From: a virus
Length of the DNA stretch: 64,000 nucleotides
Virus record (IMG/VR): IMGVR_UViG_3300037222_000100
Span: 1 to 64,000 of that record
Direction: 5' to 3' (one strand)
Shown here: one piece after another, positions 19,037 through 28,357 of the stretch
Position numbering within the stretch: position 1 is the first letter of the stretch
How the letters are laid out: each line of letters opens with the position of its first letter
Notes under the pieces: generated by a model
Told to the model about the DNA's origin: nothing
Databases searched by the model: none
Seen by the model: the letters and a program-made list of their open reading frames with translations, nothing else
Program-made: the position numbers and the translations under genes

Positions 19037-19462
19037 TTATGAGCTAGTTCGCGCGCGATATAAAGGTGTGATGCCCTTACGTTGATTACACGCCCTACAG
19101 GCCGGACGCAGGTTAGCTGGCCAATTGGTACCGCCCTGACTAAGCGGGATCACATGCTCAATGGTTTTATCCCATGATGACAACGTATCCCAGTCGCAGC
19201 CACACAAATAGCAGCGCCGCCCATAGAAGTCGATCCGGGCCTGAAGCTGCCTCTCCGTGTAATGGCCTACGGCACCCGTCTCCAGAGCACGACGGCGATG
19301 ACGTTTGGCTCTGACCTTGAGTGGATTATTCGCTTCCCAATTGCGTAAAGACGCTTTGAACTTTTCGGGATTTTTAGCCTGCCACTTACGTACGGCTCGT
19401 AAATGAATCTCTTTGCGACGTTGATACCGTTCACGAGCCTTACGTCTTTCAGCCTCAGTCAT
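19037..19462 (-). CDS. HNH endonuclease
   Basis: CYLCG..TIEHVIPLSQGG..NLRPACRACNQRK. Confidence 0.9.
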   Translation of the reverse strand: MTEAERRKARERYQRRKEIHLRAVRKWQAKNPEKFKASLRNWEANNPLKVRAKRHRRRALETGAVGHYTERQLQARIDFYGRRCYLCGCDWDTLSSWDKTIEHVIPLSQGGTNWPANLRPACRACNQRKGITPLYRARTSS

Positions 19463-19464
19463 GG

Positions 19465-21609
19465 TTACCAGCGCGCTCGGTTACCCCGTCGTCCGCTACG
19501 GCCTCCACCGCCGAGCACTCCGCGTGCCGGGTTCTGATACGCGTCGGCCGCACGCTCCTTGTTTGTAGGATAGTGATATGAGCCTGCCGCACCCATTGGA
19601 TCACCACCGCGCTGGAAGGGATCGGGGTCTACACCGATTCCGAAACCCCCTTGTGCGCCTCCGTATATCGCCGACTGCGAGAGGCGCTCGCGCGTACGGT
19701 TCATGATCTTGTTGCCGATCAAGGTGTTGATGCACTCGGCCACACAGTCTGCCATATCCTTTGTCTGCACAGGACCGATTTCTTGACGATCCACTTTCGG
19801 GAACTTGCCTGTGCCGCCCTGTATCTGGAGGAACTTCAACTCCTGTGAGCACCAGCGTGCGTCCTCTGTGTCGTTAGGAGCATGCACGACCCCTGCATAG
19901 ATCGATGTCTTGCAGACCTCCCAACGCCGCCAGTTGAGTTCGGCAGTAGCGGGCTTCAAGAAGACGCGCGTGGTCTGGTTTTTTTCCTGGAGTTTCTCCT
20001 GGAGTTCTTGAATCGGCTGAACCGACTCGTGCTGGTCGAAGGTGATCTCAAACGGATGGAAGGCTTCGGCTAGCTGCATGACCTCCTGCAACACCGTAGG
20101 CCAGCGAATGACTTTGCCAGGGAATCTCTCCGGCTGCCACCGTTTGATCACGTCAAAGACGACATGTTCCTCATCTACGCCCTGATGGTCGGCGATGATC
20201 TCCGTGTGCGCAATGGCGAATCCGAAGCCCGCTGTCGTAGATGACGGGTCCAGGTGGAACTTGTACCTGAACATGTTCGTCGCGCCCTTGCCCCAGTTGG
20301 TGTTGAAGGGTTCAAGACGCATCTTAGGCGGCTCGTCTGGGCCGTTCTCGTATATCCACTCGGCTGGCAGCCCGCCGAACATCTGATCGACTCGCGCCGG
20401 ATTGATGTAGGCATCGGTGACCTCGGCGAATTTTCCTCGACGCTCGACCTTGTACGACTCCGGGTTAGCCTGCTCCTTGGCACGAGCGGCGCGGATGAGC
20501 AGTTTGTCTTTGTCATTCCATAGCTCCTCGCCCTTCTCATCTACTTCATCGACATCCCACTCCGGGCAACCCATGAGGACGTGTTTGAGCTTTTTGCGAT
20601 TCTTCGATTTCTGGTAGCCCTGGAAGAGTAGCCAAGAGGGGAACTGGAGCGTGAAGATGCGCGGGTTGCCGTTGAGGTCTTTGATGTCGATGTCGCCCTC
20701 CTCACCTGCTGCGACGATCTCATCGATGGGGCGTTCGGGGTCGAATTTGACCAGGGCAGCCTCGTGGCGTTCGAAGAACATCCCCACCTTGGTGTACGGA
20801 GACGAGTTGCAGAACATCATGCCGTCCGCACCGAACTGGTCGAGCGACGGGTCCGCCGCCTCGTACACCTTATCTGCGGCAGCCTTCGACTCGCCAGGGA
20901 TCATGTGCGCCATCTCGTCTATGCAGATGCACATGGTCGCTGATCCACGCAGCGTACCAGCGTTCGCAGCAAGAGCCTTGCCACGAAGTCGAGCGATGTC
21001 CTTCTGAATGCGGTTGCCTCGGCTTTTCTCCTGCGTGATGCGCCTCAGGTCCGCGTTGGTAGCAACGCGAATCTCCGTCTCCAACGACTTGACGAGATAG
21101 GGATCGAACGACTTGCACGTCTCGACCGTGGACGAGAAGTCGGCATACTGGAACTCCTTCGCCTGTTCCTCAGAACCGGCGACGCATGAGAAGTAGATTT
21201 CCTTCTCTGGGTCGATTCCGTAGTGAGAGCCGGGGTCCTGAAGCTGAAGGCAGTCCCACATGGTCTTGGCCATGGAGATACCGGTGCAGAATCCCTTGGA
21301 GCTACGACGACCACCTACCAAGATGATCTCGCGGAAGTGGGGGTAGCCCTCATCGCGTAGCCACTGAACGCGCTCCCGGATGTTGGGAGAAATGAGAACC
21401 TCCGTACCGTTGCGACCGCCCGCGATCCAGTTATCGAGAATGTCCTCCTCTGGCCCAGTTAGCTCCTCCAGGAAGATCGTCTTGAGCAGGACAGCCTGGC
21501 CAGGATACAGCGGTTTGTTGCAGTACTCATCACTCTCGGCGAACTCCTCGACGCTGACGTGCTTTGGCGCTAGCTGGTTGAGCGCTTGGTCGAGTAGATC
21601 AGCGGCCAT
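19465..21609 (-). CDS. terL: Terminase large subunit
   Basis: VGGRRSSKG Walker A, CIDEMAH Walker B, CNSSP, HLDPS and KDMAD nuclease acidic motifs. Confidence 0.9.
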   Translation of the reverse strand: MAADLLDQALNQLAPKHVSVEEFAESDEYCNKPLYPGQAVLLKTIFLEELTGPEEDILDNWIAGGRNGTEVLISPNIRERVQWLRDEGYPHFREIILVGGRRSSKGFCTGISMAKTMWDCLQLQDPGSHYGIDPEKEIYFSCVAGSEEQAKEFQYADFSSTVETCKSFDPYLVKSLETEIRVATNADLRRITQEKSRGNRIQKDIARLRGKALAANAGTLRGSATMCICIDEMAHMIPGESKAAADKVYEAADPSLDQFGADGMMFCNSSPYTKVGMFFERHEAALVKFDPERPIDEIVAAGEEGDIDIKDLNGNPRIFTLQFPSWLLFQGYQKSKNRKKLKHVLMGCPEWDVDEVDEKGEELWNDKDKLLIRAARAKEQANPESYKVERRGKFAEVTDAYINPARVDQMFGGLPAEWIYENGPDEPPKMRLEPFNTNWGKGATNMFRYKFHLDPSSTTAGFGFAIAHTEIIADHQGVDEEHVVFDVIKRWQPERFPGKVIRWPTVLQEVMQLAEAFHPFEITFDQHESVQPIQELQEKLQEKNQTTRVFLKPATAELNWRRWEVCKTSIYAGVVHAPNDTEDARWCSQELKFLQIQGGTGKFPKVDRQEIGPVQTKDMADCVAECINTLIGNKIMNRTRERLSQSAIYGGAQGGFGIGVDPDPFQRGGDPMGAAGSYHYPTNKERAADAYQNPARGVLGGGGRSGRRGNRARW

Positions 21610-22068
21610 CTACTTCTTCCTCTTGTGTTTGCCCTTCTGGCCGTAGTAGTTCTCGCCCCGCTCTGTCGCATGCTGGACCTCCCATGTCTTCTTGTCATGA
21701 TCGAAGCCCTCTTTAGCAATCGAGTGAGATGGCAACGCGCCCATGAACTCAACGATGGGTCCCTCGCCTTCAAAGACCGGTGAAGGATCGACGGTGGCAT
21801 AGACGTGCAGCCTGGTTGCCAGTTCGTACTTCAACTCCTCTTCAAATTCGTCCAGGGCTTCAAGGGCTTCTTCGGGGGTGAAGATGCCACCGCTAAAGCG
21901 ACGAACGAATTTCTCGTGCCACTTTTCCGTGATGCGGATCGTCAACTCGAACGCCTGCTTGATCTCCTCATCGGTAAGCTCCTGTGTCAGGGCATCAGAG
22001 AATTGCTTGGCCGACGTAACGATTCCGTCGTCGGTCGGGAGAGTAGGGGAGGTAACGATGTCAGACAT
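21610..22068 (-). CDS. Hypothetical protein adjacent to terL
   Basis: Abuts terL start. Confidence 0.6.
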   Translation of the reverse strand: MSDIVTSPTLPTDDGIVTSAKQFSDALTQELTDEEIKQAFELTIRITEKWHEKFVRRFSGGIFTPEEALEALDEFEEELKYELATRLHVYATVDPSPVFEGEGPIVEFMGALPSHSIAKEGFDHDKKTWEVQHATERGENYYGQKGKHKRKK

Positions 22069-22077
22069 GTTTACCCA

Positions 22078-22434
22078 TTATAGCGCAGCAGCCTTCTGCA
22101 AGTTACAGAGCGGGTGTGCGGGCTGCACATTGACGTATCCGTGCATCCCGCCCTTGCTGAGCGGAATGACGTGATCTACGTGGAAATCGCCGACTATCAA
22201 CTCGTCACAGATGCCACAGCGCCCGCCATGCATGACGTAGACCGCATCGGGATCAACATCCTCTATGAACTGACCAAGCTGTCTTGCGCGGCGGCGAGCG
22301 GCTGCGATACGAGATTCCAATCGGTACTGCGCAAGATTGCGTTGCCGGTACGCCTGATAATAGAGGCGATTGGCCTCTCGGCACGCGGCGCATCGACAGC
22401 CGTGGTTCATGTATGTGCTTAGCCCGTGTTTCAT
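22078..22434 (-). CDS. HNH endonuclease
   Basis: CGIC..HVDHVIPLSKGG..NVQPAHPLCN; own TGCTATTCT box. Confidence 0.9.
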   Translation of the reverse strand: MKHGLSTYMNHGCRCAACREANRLYYQAYRQRNLAQYRLESRIAAARRRARQLGQFIEDVDPDAVYVMHGGRCGICDELIVGDFHVDHVIPLSKGGMHGYVNVQPAHPLCNLQKAAAL

Positions 22435-22502
22435 GGTCGCAGAATAGCAACGGGTCGCCCTATTACAGACGACCCGTTACCAACTGGGAGTGATGGAGCG
22501 AG

Positions 22503-23081
22503 TTACGCGCGAACGACGACGTTCGTCACGGTTGCAACTTCGGCTACGTCAGTTACTTTGACCGTAGCGAGCAATAGCTCTTTTTCGGGAGTCGCGGGTG
22601 CAACGGCTGCGCCTTTGAGGGCAGCGACGCCTGCCGTGATAGTAGGAGCCGATCCGCCAGCTTCTTTCACGGTCACGATGTCAATTCGTTCTTTGCCTGC
22701 CGCAGCAACTTTGATTTTTTTGGCTGCCAATTCAGGGAAGGCGAAGTACGCGTTCGTTGCGCGGTTGTTGACTTCACCGGCTGTGGTGGCAACTTTGGGT
22801 TCAGCTTCTTTGGTGGCTGTCGTTACGCCGCCTGTGCCGACCTCGACCCAATCGTTGTTGCTTGCCGTGATCGGACCAACGACGATGACTGCGCCGATGG
22901 CTACGTGGTTCTGAAGCTCCTTGAACGGAGAGTACGGCAGCGAGCTACCTGCCGGGATTCCGCCTGTTTCGACGGTGGATGCAAGATCGACGTACGTTGT
23001 CGTGCCGACCTTGACTGTCTGTTTGCCGATACGGACTCGCTGTGAGCGGTTGACCGCGCGGACGGGAAGGAATGGGGCCAT
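22503..23081 (-). CDS. Probable virion structural protein
   Basis: Ala/Thr/Val-rich beta-type protein in structural block; AAGGA RBS. Confidence 0.55.
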   Translation of the reverse strand: MAPFLPVRAVNRSQRVRIGKQTVKVGTTTYVDLASTVETGGIPAGSSLPYSPFKELQNHVAIGAVIVVGPITASNNDWVEVGTGGVTTATKEAEPKVATTAGEVNNRATNAYFAFPELAAKKIKVAAAGKERIDIVTVKEAGGSAPTITAGVAALKGAAVAPATPEKELLLATVKVTDVAEVATVTNVVVRA

Positions 23082-23205
23082 GGTATTTGTGTCCTTTGTT
23101 GTGTTGTTCTGAGTGACCCTAGTAGCGCCGCCTACTGCCTTACCAAGGGTTCGGAAGCTTCGGTGTCATCTATTCTTCGACGGGACTAGATGATTTCTAT
23201 GTGCA

Positions 23206-24189
23206 TTAGCGCACTCGCATTACGTATACGAGCCCAACGTAGGGGGGTGTCGTATCGATACCAGAGAGCCGCTCGTCGGTGTCCGCTCCGCCGCCACCAA
23301 GAGAACTGCCTCCCGTGGCTCCGCCGTGAGCGTGCTGGCCAGTAATCTCCATGACCACTTCCTGCTCGCCCGGAGATTCGGTGAAGGTATCCCAAACGCT
23401 CTGAAGTTCTTGCGCTCCTTCAACCTGTTTGTATTTCGTGACGCGCTGGAACAACTGATGGAACGGCCCGCCCGGTTTTCTAGCATCGGCAAATCCGTGG
23501 CGGTGATTGCCATCCCCGGAGATGAGATGATTGTGGGCAAGGGCAGAAGTCGATACGTTGTGATGATGTTTCAGATCGACGCTAGCATTGCCGCCAGTCG
23601 TACCGGTGCCGTTGACATCAGTGCCGCGAGCAAAGCGTCCACGCATGTCGGGAATCTGACCTTCGGTTAGTCCCCAGGCATTCGAGATTTCGTGCCAGTT
23701 GCGCCCGTCGCAGACCTCCCAAATGTCCCCCGGAGTTTCTTCTGGTTTCGCACGGAACCAGAGCATGACGCTACCGAGAGGCAGAATGCCAGGCTCGAAC
23801 TTGTCAATGGTGATCGTGTGTTCCTCGATGGCACGATCTTTGACCTGTTCATCACCAATGTGTTGATCGAGGACGTTTTTGTTCTTGATGTTTTCGGAGA
23901 AGACCTGTTGCAGACCTAGCTGCAAGTGACCGACAGCGCGCTGTTTGATCAGATATTTGGCAATGGCTTCAGGTTCGATGGCTCCCGTTTTGATTGCGAG
24001 TCCGCGCCCGGTTGCGACCCAATGACCCGTTTCGAGATTGCCTTCTTCATCAAACGTGGCTTCTTCGAGCGCACCAAGGTGGCTATGCTCATCAATGCGC
24101 ACCCAGTTATCAGCCAACTGCGAGTGTTCGAAGTCGTCGGACTCCAGGTCCCATGCCACGAGGCCGAGGTTGGAGGTTACGACGCTCAT
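23206..24189 (-). CDS. Tail fibre/collar-domain protein
   Basis: LPLGSVMLW..WEVCDG..IPDMRGRFARG..PPYVGLVYVMR collar signature. Confidence 0.75.
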   Translation of the reverse strand: MSVVTSNLGLVAWDLESDDFEHSQLADNWVRIDEHSHLGALEEATFDEEGNLETGHWVATGRGLAIKTGAIEPEAIAKYLIKQRAVGHLQLGLQQVFSENIKNKNVLDQHIGDEQVKDRAIEEHTITIDKFEPGILPLGSVMLWFRAKPEETPGDIWEVCDGRNWHEISNAWGLTEGQIPDMRGRFARGTDVNGTGTTGGNASVDLKHHHNVSTSALAHNHLISGDGNHRHGFADARKPGGPFHQLFQRVTKYKQVEGAQELQSVWDTFTESPGEQEVVMEITGQHAHGGATGGSSLGGGGADTDERLSGIDTTPPYVGLVYVMRVR

Positions 24190-24740
24190 TGGACTTTCCA
24201 AACCGAAAGGCGAGCGTTACTGAACGTACAGCTTGTCGTGTTGTCTGATTTGCACCCAACGGTAAGGATGTCGGCATTGCTCAGTTCTGCACGTACGAAG
24301 TTGGTCGTCGTCTGTTTCGCTTCTTTCGTTGCAGAAGCGAGGTCGAAGAGATCGAAAGTCGGAACCCCATTGATGCGGATCGAGCCAGTCAGGATTGCCA
24401 AAGTGTTGGCGTTGACCTCGCCTGTGAGTAGCAACCCGACTTCGTATTCGCCGGTCGCTTCTATGACGAGTTCTGGGCCACCGGGAAGGACTTTTTCTTC
24501 GGCAGCAGATAGCGTCAGCGTTCCGCCTACGGCTGAGACGACAGGGAAGATGGTGGGAGACAGGAGACGCGGTACGATAGCCTCGTCGGCGATTCCCTCG
24601 CTCGGAATAAGGACGCCTCGACCCGGCGTGTGATCATGCGCATCGACCTTAGCCCAGTTGTCCGCTAGCTGTTCGTGATCGTAGTTGTCGAGCAGCAGAT
24701 TCCAAATCCGCAGACCCATCTTGCTGGAAGTACGCATCAC
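24186..24740 (-). CDS. Minor tail/fibre protein
   Basis: N-terminus paralogous to the next gene (QLADNW..D.H.H). Confidence 0.6.
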   Translation of the reverse strand: MMRTSSKMGLRIWNLLLDNYDHEQLADNWAKVDAHDHTPGRGVLIPSEGIADEAIVPRLLSPTIFPVVSAVGGTLTLSAAEEKVLPGGPELVIEATGEYEVGLLLTGEVNANTLAILTGSIRINGVPTFDLFDLASATKEAKQTTTNFVRAELSNADILTVGCKSDNTTSCTFSNARLSVWKVQ

Positions 24741-24779
24741 TCGTTATGGGCTTGTTCTCGCCTACGAAAAAGCCCCGGC

Positions 24780-25109
24780 TCAACAAGAGATGGATGAGAG
24801 CCGATGACAATTCGCGCAAAGAGTTTCGTGATTAGACGGATCGTTATTGCGTTTGTTTTCGTCCTTGTGATGCACATCCAGTTGACACAGATGCTCAGGG
24901 ATAAACCCGCAACGCTCGCAATGATCACCAACGAAGGATCGCCAGTGCCGACTCTTTCCGCGATTATTGGCATCACCATTCACACAACGCCATTTGTTTG
25001 GACCTCGATTCGAGTTCTTTGCCTTGATGCGGGTTGGCCCACAGAACTCACAAAGAGCCGTACGGCTCTCAGAATCGATCTCACTCAGACGATGTACCCA
25101 CTTACCCAT
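24780..25109 (-). CDS. HNH endonuclease
   Basis: CERCG..LDVHHKDENKRNN..NHETLCANCH. Confidence 0.85.
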   Translation of the reverse strand: MGKWVHRLSEIDSESRTALCEFCGPTRIKAKNSNRGPNKWRCVNGDANNRGKSRHWRSFVGDHCERCGFIPEHLCQLDVHHKDENKRNNDPSNHETLCANCHRLSSISC

Positions 25110-25124
25110 CTCCTATTAGGACAC

Positions 25125-25160
25125 AGAAAAGCCCCGGTAGAAAGTCCTACCAGGGCTTCT
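25125..25160 (-). terminator. Intrinsic terminator after lysis genes
   Basis: AGCCCTGGTAG/CTACCGGGGCT hairpin followed by TTTC TGT on - strand. Confidence 0.7.
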
Positions 25161-25178
25161 CCTGCTGCGTTTGACGAG

Positions 25179-25394
25179 CTACTTTGCCGGTGCGACTTTG
25201 GAGCGAGTAACCTCGCCGCCAAGGAGAATCACCAGCAGCGCCGCCACAGCGGTCGTAACGTTTGCTTCTTGGACCACAAGGCCGAAGTTTGCCGCTACGA
25301 ACACAACCGCTCCGGTCGCCGCAGAGATGACGCGAGCAGGCTCAGTGGCCCACAGCTTCTTCACCGCGATGACGAGATTCGTGACTACTAACAT
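25179..25394 (-). CDS. Holin
   Basis: Two TM segments, EPAR..RSKVAP pattern, directly after endolysin. Confidence 0.7.
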   Translation of the reverse strand: MLVVTNLVIAVKKLWATEPARVISAATGAVVFVAANFGLVVQEANVTTAVAALLVILLGGEVTRSKVAPAK

Positions 25395-25458
25395 GCTTTC
25401 CTTCTTTCTCTAGAGAAATGCTACCTGTACCCCGATTATGTAACGGCGCGTTGATCCT

Positions 25459-26175
25459 TTACAGAAACCAGGGCTGACACAGGCTGGCGTCATAGTTATG
25501 CCCAGCCGTTTCGACGCTCTCGTACTGCGTTGCGTCGGAGCCTGGCTCGATATGCGGGACGCCCGTGTAATGGGCGGTCCAGACCAGATATTCGTCGCGC
25601 TTGATCGAGTCATGCTCTAGTGCGGCAACGACCGCTGGCATCGTGCTCGTGTTGGCGTAGACGACCGGGCGCTTGACACCGCGAGCGTGCTGACGCCGGA
25701 CCCAGGCAGGAGCCTGGTCAGGAGTAGCGTCTCCTGTCTCGACATCGAGGCAGCGAGCGTCAGCGCTTGTGTTGACTGCGATAGAGAGATGTTTCGCGCC
25801 CGGATAGCGTTTGACCAGTCCGTTGTAGGAAGGCCATTTGCCGTTGACGTAGCCCGCGACGGCCTCCGGGTGAGAAACCGGCAGGCCGGTGTTCACGTCC
25901 GTCGAGTCGTACATCGTGAATCGCTGAGCCGGTGGTTTCGGCTGCGGTTTCGGCGGAACGGGCTTTGGCGCAGGCTTGTGTTCGAGACGCGCAAGTTCAG
26001 CCCGGCGCTTGAAGTTCAGTGCTTTGAGGCCCGCCAGCAGAGCGCGCTTAGCTGCGACCTGAGGAATCCAACCGCGAGGCTTTGCACTTCGGAGATGCTT
26101 GATTTCTGCTTCGAGCTTGACGCCGTGTTGGTGCGTCTGGCCGATCAGTTCCTTGAGTCTAGCGATGGTAGCCAT
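25459..26175 (-). CDS. Endolysin (GH25-like TIM-barrel muramidase) with basic N-terminal helix
   Basis: MYDS, AGYVNG, LDVETGD, PVVYAN, WTAHY, ATQY. Confidence 0.7.
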   Translation of the reverse strand: MATIARLKELIGQTHQHGVKLEAEIKHLRSAKPRGWIPQVAAKRALLAGLKALNFKRRAELARLEHKPAPKPVPPKPQPKPPAQRFTMYDSTDVNTGLPVSHPEAVAGYVNGKWPSYNGLVKRYPGAKHLSIAVNTSADARCLDVETGDATPDQAPAWVRRQHARGVKRPVVYANTSTMPAVVAALEHDSIKRDEYLVWTAHYTGVPHIEPGSDATQYESVETAGHNYDASLCQPWFL

Positions 26176-26299
26176 CTGTCATCCTCTCGTGTGGGCGGAC
26201 CTTGTGACAGCGCAGACAGACATCCCACCATTCGCCTCGATAGACTTCGTACGAAGCCCAAGCGTGCTTCCGGAGAAGCCAACAGATGAGGCGAAGCAT
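26159..26299 (-). CDS. Small Cys/His protein, 46 aa
   Basis: LICWLLRKH...CLRC. Confidence 0.45.
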   Translation of the reverse strand: MLRLICWLLRKHAWASYEVYRGEWWDVCLRCHKVRPHERMTDGYHR

Positions 26300-26360
26300 T
26301 TAGATGGGTCCCGTTCCATGATGTCACCCATTATGGGAGAGGTCGCGCCCGGATTGTTAG

Positions 26361-26429
26361 TCGCTCCCGCTGGAATCGAACCAGCGCCTAGAGGGTATGA
26401 TCCTCCTTGGCACCCATAGCCTGAGAGCG
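26361..26429 (-). tRNA. tRNA with CAU anticodon (Met or Ile2), short D-arm
   Basis: Cloverleaf, GGTTCGATTCC T-loop, loop AUCAUAC. Confidence 0.7.
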
Positions 26430-26565
26430 TGGCTTTCCCCTACCGCTTGCACGGGATAGCGGGTACTCGTGTAACACGTCATCTACGTGCTCCCTGATCC
26501 GGGGTGCGGCACATAGCAAGGATGACGTGAGTTAGAGCAGCGTCCTCTTGCGAAGGTCTGTTCTC

Positions 26566-26745
26566 CTAACCGTGTTTCTTCTGACCTGGCTCACCAGGTC
26601 CAAGAGGCTTACCAACGCGGGCGCGGTAGCGCTCGCACTTGGTTTTGTTGCGGCCCCACTTACGGTCGCCACCGCTTTTGCGGCGGTTGTTCCTTTTCAT
26701 CAACTTGGCGTGAGTTACGTCAAGCGGGTTTGCCCGATTGGGCAT
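26566..26745 (-). CDS. Highly basic 59-aa protein
   Basis: AAGGAG RBS; MPNRANPLDVTHAKLMKRNNRRKSGGDRKWGRNKTKCERYRARVGK... Confidence 0.6.
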   Translation of the reverse strand: MPNRANPLDVTHAKLMKRNNRRKSGGDRKWGRNKTKCERYRARVGKPLGPGEPGQKKHG

Positions 26746-26809
26746 GTGTATCTCCTTTGGCTAGGGTTACCTAGTCATGGGGATACCTCCTTGCGTTGGT
26801 TGATGTTGA

Positions 26810-26880
26810 AACGGATAGTCGGAATCGAACCGACATCAAGAGCGTGGAAGGCTCTTGTCATACCATTAGACCATACCCGC
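26810..26880 (-). tRNA. tRNA-Gly(TCC)
   Basis: Cloverleaf, loop CUUCCAC. Confidence 0.9.
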
Positions 26881-26962
26881 AGGTGCGCCATATCGTCCTA
26901 TCATCCGTAGGTACGGCACACACCTACGTAGGCTCGTTTTCACCGCATGCTGTTACTCACGA

Positions 26963-27034
26963 AGCCCACTCTCGGAATCGAACCGAGTTCGCCGGTTTAC
27001 AAGACCGGAGCATCACCATTTATGCTTAGCAGGC
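26963..27034 (-). tRNA. tRNA-Thr(TGT)
   Basis: Cloverleaf, loop CUUGUAA. Confidence 0.9.
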
Positions 27035-27038
27035 GAAT

Positions 27039-27423
27039 TGTATCGATAAGCCGGATTCTGTCATTGGACGATCATCCATCTCAGCCTTAGCTGCCGCCTC
27101 ACAACTGCGGTTCCCCAACCCGATATGACCGTAGGCTTTCCAACCCCTTCAATAGGTGGCCCGTTTTGCGGTATAGCCCTTGCGGACAACAAGCCTGCTC
27201 ATCGCAGACACGGCTTTCGCCATCAGGGGTACCACCGCCCTTAGGTTTCTCTGTATGGGTTTCATCCTCGACGCTTTGCGTGCGGTACAAACGCCTCTCG
27301 GCTCCCGCCTCTTTTCGCGATGTCTGTTGATCGCGGCTTCCTCAGCCGCAGACCGAGTTTCCTCGGCCAGGATGTCCGGACTTTCCTCTGGAGGGATCGG
27401 ACCTCCAGCGACCGTCTGATACA
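27039..27423 (-). ncRNA. rnpB: RNase P RNA (phage-encoded, atypical)
   Basis: CR-I GAGGAAAGUCCGG, CR-IV AGAUGGAUGA, CR-V ACAGAAUCCGGCUUA, terminal helix UGUAUC/GAUACA, P3 hairpin CUGGAGG/CCUCCAG. Confidence 0.9.
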
Positions 27424-27424
27424 G

Positions 27425-27494
27425 AGCGGTAGATGGGACTCGAACCCACAACCTCCACCATGGCTATAGTGGGTACCTCGCCTGAGGCTACCGC
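27425..27494 (-). ncRNA. tRNA-like RNA (Gly-like acceptor) with abnormal anticodon loop
   Basis: GCGGUAG/CUACCGC acceptor, canonical T-arm, minimal D-arm, stem CCACUAU/AUGGUGG closing AGCC. Confidence 0.65.
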
Positions 27495-27599
27495 TGTTCC
27501 TACTGAATGTTCACGCACTGCCCAGGATGACCTCCGCCTGGAACCGCTCGTTGTTCTGCTTCGCACGCACGACGCTTAGCCCCTATGTCGGGTTGCCCT

Positions 27600-28259
27600 T
27601 CAGGCGTATTCGGCGGTTCGGCGGTTTCCGGCGTCACCTGTGATTCCCTCGGATTTACGGCTAAAGCGACCTTCCTTCCAATCGTTCAAAAGGGTGTACT
27701 CGTAACTCGTGATGTCTCCGTGGGCGATCAGGTCGAAGAGGACGGGCCTCTCCTCCTTCAAGCTTGCAACAAGGTGCTCTGCAATGTCCCTCTCGGCCTC
27801 CGTGAGGTAAGGCGCAATGGATTTGCCATTGCCGCCATCTCGTTTGTGCAGGTCCCGATGCCAACCGACGCAGGCGGGGATCGTGCAGAACGACCGAGGC
27901 GCGTAGCTGATGTAGTCTGGAAGCTCCAGCATCAGCCAGCGAGGAACGAAGTGGTGTCGTGTAATGCGGCCGTCGCACTCGCCCTCCTCGCCGTGGTAGC
28001 GACAGATAGGAGAATGCTGCGTGCCAAGTACGCGTTCCTTCTTGGCCTCGATCACATCATGCGGGATCAGCCCACTGCTGTGATTGAGGCGGTACAGGAC
28101 CGCTTTCGTGGAGAGGCGTTCATCGAGTAGATCATCGATGTCCGCGTCCTCGACCTCCGCGACGAGTTCTAGCTGCTCGACCGTAGCTTCGCCGTCATAC
28201 GAGTCGAACCAGTAGACCTGTCCCGTGACGGGATGGGTCCAATCTCGTGCTCGCGACAT
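27600..28259 (-). CDS. HNH-like endonuclease
   Basis: CRYH..CDGRITRHHFVP..TIPACVGWHRDLH; ATG just after TATACT. Confidence 0.6.
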   Translation of the reverse strand: MSRARDWTHPVTGQVYWFDSYDGEATVEQLELVAEVEDADIDDLLDERLSTKAVLYRLNHSSGLIPHDVIEAKKERVLGTQHSPICRYHGEEGECDGRITRHHFVPRWLMLELPDYISYAPRSFCTIPACVGWHRDLHKRDGGNGKSIAPYLTEAERDIAEHLVASLKEERPVLFDLIAHGDITSYEYTLLNDWKEGRFSRKSEGITGDAGNRRTAEYA

Positions 28260-28285
28260 GCCTACAGTATACAGCACACGTCAAG

Positions 28286-28357
28286 TAGCCCGACAGGGAG
28301 TCGAACCCTGGTTACGGCGCTGAGAACGCCGCGTTCTAACCGCTGAACTACCGGGCC
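28286..28357 (-). tRNA. tRNA-Glu(CTC)
   Basis: Cloverleaf, loop UUCUCAG. Confidence 0.9.
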
